NCBI GenBank assembly: GCA_964036045.1 | Contig: OZ038378.1 | Location: forward strand, 168,330,001 to 168,394,000 | Length of the DNA stretch: 64,000 nt | Origin: Eutreptiella sp. 'Long Island Sound 2002' | Taxonomy: Eukaryota; Protista; Euglenida | Direction: 5' to 3' | Shown: in pieces, positions 47,201 through 64,000 of the stretch | Numbering within the stretch: position 1 is the stretch's first letter | How the letters are laid out: every line of letters starts with the position of its first letter | Made by a program: the position numbers and the translations under genes | Notes under the pieces: model-generated | Seen by the model: the letters and a program-made list of their open reading frames with translations, nothing else | Database searches by the model: none | Told to the model about the DNA's origin: nothing

Positions 47201-49509
47201 CCGCTCCATTCTGGTTCCCTGTTCCCGCTGTTCTGGCTGCCTCTCCTGCCTTGCCCCCCGCGTCCCTCCCCCGCGTCTCCCCGGCGTCCAGGGCACCCTG
47301 AACACAATGGACGATAGCCCTGTCGCAACAATGGCACATTGCGGATTTATTTTTTTCCATTAACCCTCACCCATGAAATGCAATGTGTTTGGTGATTGTA
47401 ATTTTAACATCAAAACGATTCAATGGCGGCGACCCCGATGGGGTCACGAGACTAGGCATCAAAACAACATTTGTATAGTACGGGGCTGCCGTCATACCCT
47501 TCTTGTACGATAAATGCCATCCAAGAAACGATGCGAATAACAGTGAAGCTTCCAAGCGTGGGGTGTGCTTGGACACCATTTTCGTTTTCGTTTTAAACAA
47601 ATGATGCCATCGTATTCAAATGCGCGGTCGGGATCCAAGTGGGCCAGGAAGCAGTCTTCACGTGCCCTTGATAACATCCCGAACGCTATTGCATTCACAA
47701 CACAAGAATGCTTGTTTCAACCTTGGTAAACGTATGGTATGAACGTGCACATGCACATACCCAAATAAAAATATTGTTATCCAAAGTGTAAAGCAACGCC
47801 GGGATACTGTATGTGCAATGGTTCTTGAGGTGAGTCGACGTTCCCTTGGAATGCAACAATAATCAAACCAACAAACATACTTCCACTCACGCTTGCATGA
47901 TGCCGAGTGTAGGAGCAAGCGACACGCGACACGCCAATCGAGAACCAAAGGGAAATAATTGAGACCATCGCGATGCAAGCAAAAACTCACAACGTTAGCG
48001 TGCACACCCAAGGCCATGAAACGACAAACGAACGTACCACCTTTTGCAGATGCCCATCAGTTCCAAAATAGAAAGCAAGTGCCAAAATCAACTTCACCAC
48101 CTGGGACAAAAAGGGGGCGCGGCCACATTAATTCGTGAAAACGTATATGCGACTCGGACTACATATACCGGGTGGTGGCAAAGACGCCTCAAGGAGAGCA
48201 CGATACATTCGGGTCGTAGGGTCAATACTCGATACCTCTGAAAGCATGATGATCAAAAAAGTGTTGTGGTCGGTATCGATCTCCTCCTGATGTTGTACTG
48301 TGGCGTTCACCACTGCTTTGGCGTTGTGATCCAAACGAAGCCAAAGCGATATCTTTATGCTATTCATAGTATGGTTGCACAACGTTGCCTTCACTACCAC
48401 ATCCTTGTGAGCCGGGCGCACAGAGGGCGTCAACTCGGCAAGAGCCCCGAATTCCTTTGAGTTGATCAAAGGTTTAATCCTATGAACAATGGAGGATATT
48501 GGCATGACCACGTAAGCTCGGCTACCTCACGTGTATAAGCACGCCGCATTTGCGCATGCACCCTACGCAAGTGCTTCTCGAATTCGGCCGAGGATTCGAC
48601 TAATGTTTGGCGGAGGAAAGTGGTTTTGTGCAAATGGGTTGCATTTGGACTTAAAAATGTGATATTTGTTGTTGCGGGTCCACACGTGTGTCCATGTGCC
48701 CAACATTGGGTTTCCATGATGCGGGAAGGCGGGCACGTGGGGCAAACCATCGCGACGCATACTTTTTCAAAAGAGCGTTGGGCTTCATGGCACTTCCGAG
48801 CCCACGATATCCAGTAATATTGAAAATTATGGTGCCGCTATACAGCGGCTTAACCATTGGAGCTTCGTACTTCAGTAAGATTCCTGCATGCAAATCATAT
48901 CACACAATGTATGCATGCAATTGAGATGACTTGGGAACTTTGTGACCTGGAGGATATGGCCCATAACAACATAAAGGTGACGAAAAACAATGACCGCGGC
49001 GTGCAAACTTCTCCACGAACACATCCTTCCCGATGCCTTGCCATCCATTGCACCCTGCCCTCCATGGTAAGGAGGGCTCTCTCTCGGAACTCCCTCCGGC
49101 TCTTAGGTGTTCGTTGCTGGGTGATGTTTGCCAATTTGTGTTCCTTGTGTTTGGACTATTGTTGAAGGGCAAAGTGAAGCAACTCTTCGGGAACAAGTGG
49201 TAAGAATTTTATTGCTGCATCCGAATGATCCGAATTTGTTCAGGGGTTTGACGAGATGATGAAAGGCAATGAAAAACTGGAAATTGCACCTCAACGACAC
49301 TTGACTTATCCGAACACCCGTGAGGCTTGGTGGTTCTATCAGGTACGAATGTCGCGCAATAACGAGCATGCCATCCGCCCTGTGTGTCACCTTGCATATT
49401 TCATCTAAAACATGTCATGCAGCACATCACAATCGCATTTGCTCACACCGCTCGACGCCATCATAATGGTCACCACCAACGCCAAGATGAGCTTTTGAAG
49501 TCCGTTCAT
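29887..49509 (-). CDS. SLC35A: Nucleotide-sugar transporter, SLC35A/CMP-sialic acid/UDP-galactose transporter family: exons 49509-49449, [loop 1 unresolved], 48286-48236, 48100-48038, 47844-47761, 46108-45932, [45136-45079?], 36737-36600, 36147-36014, 33415-33251, 30006-29887
   Basis: Spliced motifs appear in the expected order: MLSE/VVKL (TM2 ExxK), YSIPALLYTLDNN (TM3), LKVPITA...QW...LLLFVG (TM4-5), GFALVLL..FSSFA..WTE...KNIYLYSYGIFFN (TM6-7), GLFTGW...HVLK (TM8), LDNI...FSF...G...AIVLY (TM9-10). GT-AG junctions are phase-consistent. Confidence 0.9.
30785..30890. repeat. Dispersed SINE-like repeat, truncated copy
   Basis: CCCTGTGTGACATTCCGTCTGGTTGTTG...GCGTCGGGT shared with 46618-46710. 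Confidence 0.85.
32000..32850 (-). mobile_element. Degenerate LINE reverse-transcriptase relic
   Basis: Colinear decayed motifs LSFIFHDFPNA, GVIVRQCERPTILLL and *VPDL, with stops. Confidence 0.4.
33251..33415 (-). CDS. Transporter exon (VLDNIANVFAHAG...AIVLYQNNKAPP), TM9-10
   Basis: ccgttttcag| acceptor, |gtaatg donor, DNI motif and two hydrophobic helices. Confidence 0.92.
33675..35142 (+). mobile_element. Non-autonomous element bounded by about 175-bp direct repeats with internally amplified units
   Basis: 33731-33907 and 34968-35142 are highly similar; the interior has repeated GGCATCCGCACT(ACT)GC and CAGGTTCTCCAACAAGAACTC units. Confidence 0.75.
36014..36147 (-). CDS. Transporter exon (SVAIRQLTVSDAQRSLGLFTGW...MIAHVLK), TM8
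   Basis: gatag| acceptor (alternative at 36117), |gtgtgt donor, G.F.GW...G....VLK motif. Confidence 0.85.
36600..36737 (-). CDS. Transporter exon (GFALVLLMCLFSSFANIWTEYVYKK...GIFFN), TM6-7
   Basis: atag| acceptor, |gtatgg donor, family motifs. Confidence 0.92.
36800..37400 (+). mobile_element. Degenerate LINE RT fragment
   Basis: LQGCHPSPL followed by IWVIYPDA in a shifted frame. Confidence 0.3.
38822..39076. repeat. About 62-bp minisatellite, 4 copies
   Basis: ctgtttatttttttacaactctggatg..ctgtttattcctgattgtcatctggccatca units. Confidence 0.92.
39566..39800. repeat. About 120-bp diverged tandem duplication
   Basis: gttgtgcc.ccaagtttg.ggaggaggcc.cccct...attaccctaccccacc x2. Confidence 0.8.
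40930..41240. repeat. About 45-50-bp satellite-like array (GGGGAGGAATGGCTGCATAACCCCTGCC)
   Basis: Six or more diverged units; related copies at 830-945 (minus) and 62290-62350. Confidence 0.85.
41812..41858. repeat. (GTGCA)n pentanucleotide microsatellite
   Basis: About 9 perfect units. Confidence 0.95.
42011..42374. mobile_element. Foldback element with arms built from 31-bp tandem units
   Basis: Left arm ATTTCCTGGTGGCCTCTGGATGGTTGCTGAT x about 4; right arm is its reverse complement x about 4; spacer about 120 bp. Confidence 0.8.
45932..46108 (-). CDS. Transporter exon (VIGLIGPIKFHLFNALKVPITA...TQQSDIYGK), TM4-5
   Basis: ttgcag| acceptor, |gtctgt donor, family motifs LK..TA and QW. Confidence 0.92.
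46273..46393. repeat. 12-bp minisatellite GGATCTTGGGGG
   Basis: About 10 slightly diverged units. Confidence 0.92.
46618..47000. repeat. Dispersed SINE-like repeat, longer copy
   Basis: First ~95 bp match 30785-30880; CpG-rich and apparently young. Confidence 0.75.
47761..47844 (-). CDS. Transporter exon (GTSTHLKNHCTYSIPALLYTLDNNIFIW), TM3
   Basis: IPALLY..NN family motif, |gtatgt donor. Confidence 0.88.
48038..48100 (-). CDS. Transporter exon (VVKLILALAFYFGTDGHLQKV)
   Basis: ccccttttgtcccag| acceptor, |gtacgt donor; completes E-V-V-K. Confidence 0.85.
48236..48286 (-). CDS. Transporter exon (EEIDTDHNTFLIIMLSE)
   Basis: catcag| acceptor, |gtatcg donor; supplies the conserved E of TM2. The 5' boundary could lie further upstream. 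Confidence 0.75.
49449..49509 (-). CDS. Transporter exon 1 (MNGLQKLILALVVTIMMASS), TM1
   Basis: ATG at 49509, hydrophobic stretch, |gtgtga donor, upstream AG acceptor near 49540. Confidence 0.65.
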
Positions 49510-50100
49510 CGTGGGAGATGGACAAGGTCACATTGCTACATGAGACACAAGAGCACTTCGTCGCGTACTCTCCTCGCCACCAATCAAGGGGAACGCATCA
49601 AGAGCGTGACAACCAAGTAACTACAAGTGTGGTTGTTGTTTGTTGTTGGTGTCATACTACGATTCCCCGTGGTTGATCGCGTTGGGATACGGTGCCTAGT
49701 GGATTGATGATCGATGCAACGATAGCGCACAAAACAAAACTAGCAATCACAAGTCAAGATGAGGGGAACGAGAAAATGCTGGCGAGATATTTGAAGGTGG
49801 ACTGTCCACGGATGGCCTCACTTGACAAATGTTCGTCACATGGCCCACACAAATATTAAATCACATCATCCGAACCCCGTTCGGCAATCTTATATGCTTG
49901 CAAAATTGGTGAAAACCTTTCCGGCGTGCAAATGGTTGCCACAAACATCTTCTTCACCACAACCCTTCTAGCCCACCGAATACGATGAGCTACAAATGAA
50001 TTTTCGGTTGAAAAAGCTTTCCGGCTAGGGCCTAGCCACGCGCGCTTTTCCCTGCCCACTCCAGTGCAATGAGCCGCTCAAAAGGATCCACGCGGTTCCA

Positions 50101-61383
<11,283 letters not shown>

Positions 61384-62567
61384 GTTATGTGTGCGTGTAT
61401 GTGTATGCGCGCGCACACGTCTCTCTCTCTCTCTCTCCCTCTCTCTCTCTCTGTCCCTGTCTCTGTCTGTCTGTCTGTCTGTCACTATCTGTCTTTGTGT
61501 GGGAATCATTTTCGCAGGTTTCCCCCAGAATAAATCTGTGCTTTCCTTACGCTCAGGGCAACAATGGAGCCATTGATTGAGGGATTGAGGGATTGACGGA
61601 ATGTGGGGTTGTGGGAACCTGAAAATGAGGGAAAGGCGAAATCGAGTCACCTCCATCCTTTGCGCATGGGAGGGGGGTGGTCAACCCCTGGGTTGCCGTG
61701 CGCGAACGCCTCCTCCTCCCTCCATGGCCGTCGACCGACCAATGCCGCCGAAGCCTCCGGAATGAAAATTTTGTCCATGGCACAAAAACGTCCACGACGA
61801 GGACGGGCATACAAGCCTGCCATCGACCCATTCCCCATTGACTGTCAGTTGTGGTGGGCTTCGGCTGCCGATATATGCTGGCTTCTTTGCTGCCCAAAAA
61901 TGGTGTTATTTGGTGTTCTTTGCAACGGTATTTGTCCAACGCCGTTCACATGCAGTCCACCATTAGCACCCCCACTTTTTTTTTTTGTGGGATTCCGCCC
62001 CAATTCAATGGGCCCCAGGGGTGCTATGGCGATGTTTCGGATTTCAGTTGCAGACACGGTCTAGCACGTGAACGCTGATGGGGAGGGCGATGGGTTGCAT
62101 TTCCCTTCAATTGTCACCTGCAATCCATACGCAGCAAGCAGGGGGGGGGGGGGGGGCAAAAGCGGCTTTTCTAGGCTGCCCATAAATTCTGAGCATTTCG
62201 AGCAGACATACAGCGGGGCTGGTGAGGCGAAAATATCAACCTCAAGCAAGGAAACAAGAAAATCAGCTTGTGGCTCTGTCCCTGAAACGGTGGGAGACCA
62301 ATGGTTGCATAATCCCTGCCGTACCAGGATCCCCAACGCTGGGAGGAGACCCTGAAGGGAACGGAGGGGAGCGAGCTTGGTGTAAGGGCTCCATCCCCCG
62401 AATTCTTCCCTCCACAACTAGCACCATTTACAATCCCGGTGTCCTAGACAATAGAAACAATGCAACGGATCTGTCTTTTTTTTTTTGCTAGTCTCTGCTG
62501 GGCATTACATCGAAAAAAGAGTGCATATCAGAGACAAGAACTCACAAATGAAGTTGGACAATATTAC

Positions 62568-63908
62568 CTTGGGGTGCACTGTGCGCATGCGTAGCGCCGA
62601 AAACTTGGGGTGCGCAGGTGCGAAAAGTGCCATAAACACCACGGATGTTTCCATTAAGTGTAGGGATTGCCAAAGGGGGGATAGTAGGCTGTTGGGCACA
62701 TTTCTAACGTAAGCGTTTACGGCGCCAGCACCGTAAATAGTCAAGAGTATCGGAGGGGAAGCAGTCAGGAAACAGGGATATTCGAACCCCTAGAGACTAC
62801 GCCCCTCCTTGGATCCCTGTCTGACGGAGAAGGGCAGAGATGCACAAATTGGGAGGAACCTGCATAGTCCTCTTGTTGCATCATGCTGATATGGGGGTGA
62901 ACTCAAAAGCTTTCCACACAAGCCTAACGGGACACATTAGTGAACACCACCAATGGGCACGGGGGGTCATTCTATAGTGGGTACACATTTACAGCGCCAG
63001 CGCCGTAAATGTTTATGGCGTTGGCGCCGTAAAATGAGAGGGGGTACTTTCTGATGATTATCGCAATAATGGGTTTTTGTGGCAGTGCCCTTCACCAGCA
63101 ACAGCCAGAAAATTTCCGGGTGCATCTAGACATGGTGACAAATGTTAAAACTGCAAACTGCACAAACTGCCATATACAGGGGTCATGAAAATATGGGGGT
63201 CATCTAAAAAGGTTTCCACACCAGCCTAAGAGGATCCAATAGTTGAAACTGTTAGGTTGTCTTTTTGGGGGTGAAACGGGCTGTAAGAGCCAAAAATTCT
63301 TCCAAGTGGGGAGCCCCCCAGTCTCATTGCAGTGCACCACCTTCCTGAATCTCTTGGTTCCGACGATTACTGTGACAATGGGGGTTTTGTGGCACTGCCT
63401 ATCATCAGCACCAATGACGCCGTAAACATTTTCGCAGAGAGACTTCAATGGATGCAGAATCTCTACACTGAAAATTACAAAGAGGTGATATTTTGATAGG
63501 CTGTTGGAACTGCAAAGATCAATATGTCCAAATAGACACAAGCCTTGCCCCTGGTTCGCAAATTAGATCTTGCACCTTTCCTTCTCTTTTTGGTTTCTTT
63601 TTCTACATTCCTCCGGGGCTGCCAATGAACCGTCGTACCATATCCGAACAAGGCCCAGGGTTTGACATATTGAACACGTTGCCAGAACTGTGTTTTTCAG
63701 GTAAATTTCGGTGTAGAGAAAATTGAAAATTTGACTGAGATTTGTCAATGTTTACGGCGCCGGGACCGTAAATTTTCCGTTGGTTCCCCATTGGTGATTG
63801 AGGGGGTTAAAACCCTCTCACACACATGTTTTTCAAAAGTGTGTATTTTTTATGACGCCCTAGGTTTGGGGCTTTACAGCTGTACCTGTGCGCGTAGTGC
63901 ACCCCAAG
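62568..63908. mobile_element. TIR DNA element with 5-bp TSD
   Basis: TIR CTTGGGGTGCACT (62568-62580) / AGTGCACCCCAAG (63896-63908), extending imperfectly to about 20 bp; ATTAC immediately outside both ends; four internal TTTACGGCGC-NN-GCGCCGTAAA palindromes. Confidence 0.8.
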
Positions 63909-64000
63909 ATTACTTTTACTATGAAACTGCTCATCCCTCATTTCCTCATTCCAACCATCACTCAACCCATCATTTGCTCATTCCCTCATTGCCCAAGACC

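Noticed and set aside
48300-48780. In-frame GT-AG chain adding about 170 aa to transporter loop 1
   Set aside because: Requires a 32-nt intron, much shorter than the others resolved here, and is likely a chance phase match
47545-48815. Euglenid non-conventional intron joining ...NIT to EASLL...
   Set aside because: Only 6 bp of end pairing, in the wrong register, and canonical exons inside the interval give the conserved E-V-V-K and IPALLY motifs

Overview
Repeat-rich eukaryotic nuclear DNA with long, transposon-filled GT-AG introns. The texture and several repeat families resemble what I recall of euglenoid (Eutreptiella-like) genomes, but this cannot be verified here. Four spliced genes can be reconstructed with phase-consistent GT-AG junctions. 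(1) A + strand ZC2HC1/FAM164-like protein with two C2HC zinc fingers, 3310-16319, whose 5' end lies outside the window or is unresolved. (2) A + strand gene of unknown function starting near 16894, possibly ending near 29581. (3) A - strand SLC35A-type nucleotide-sugar transporter, 49509-29887. (4) A + strand gene of unknown function, about 50101 to beyond 61383, divergent from the transporter. The introns carry a hAT MITE with an 8-bp TSD, a 1.34-kb TIR element with a 5-bp TSD and palindromic internal motifs, foldback elements, a direct-repeat-bounded element, LINE and Ty3/Gypsy relics, and many tandem repeats. Most listed ORFs are artefacts of repeats. No rRNA, tRNA or CRISPR array is supportable.
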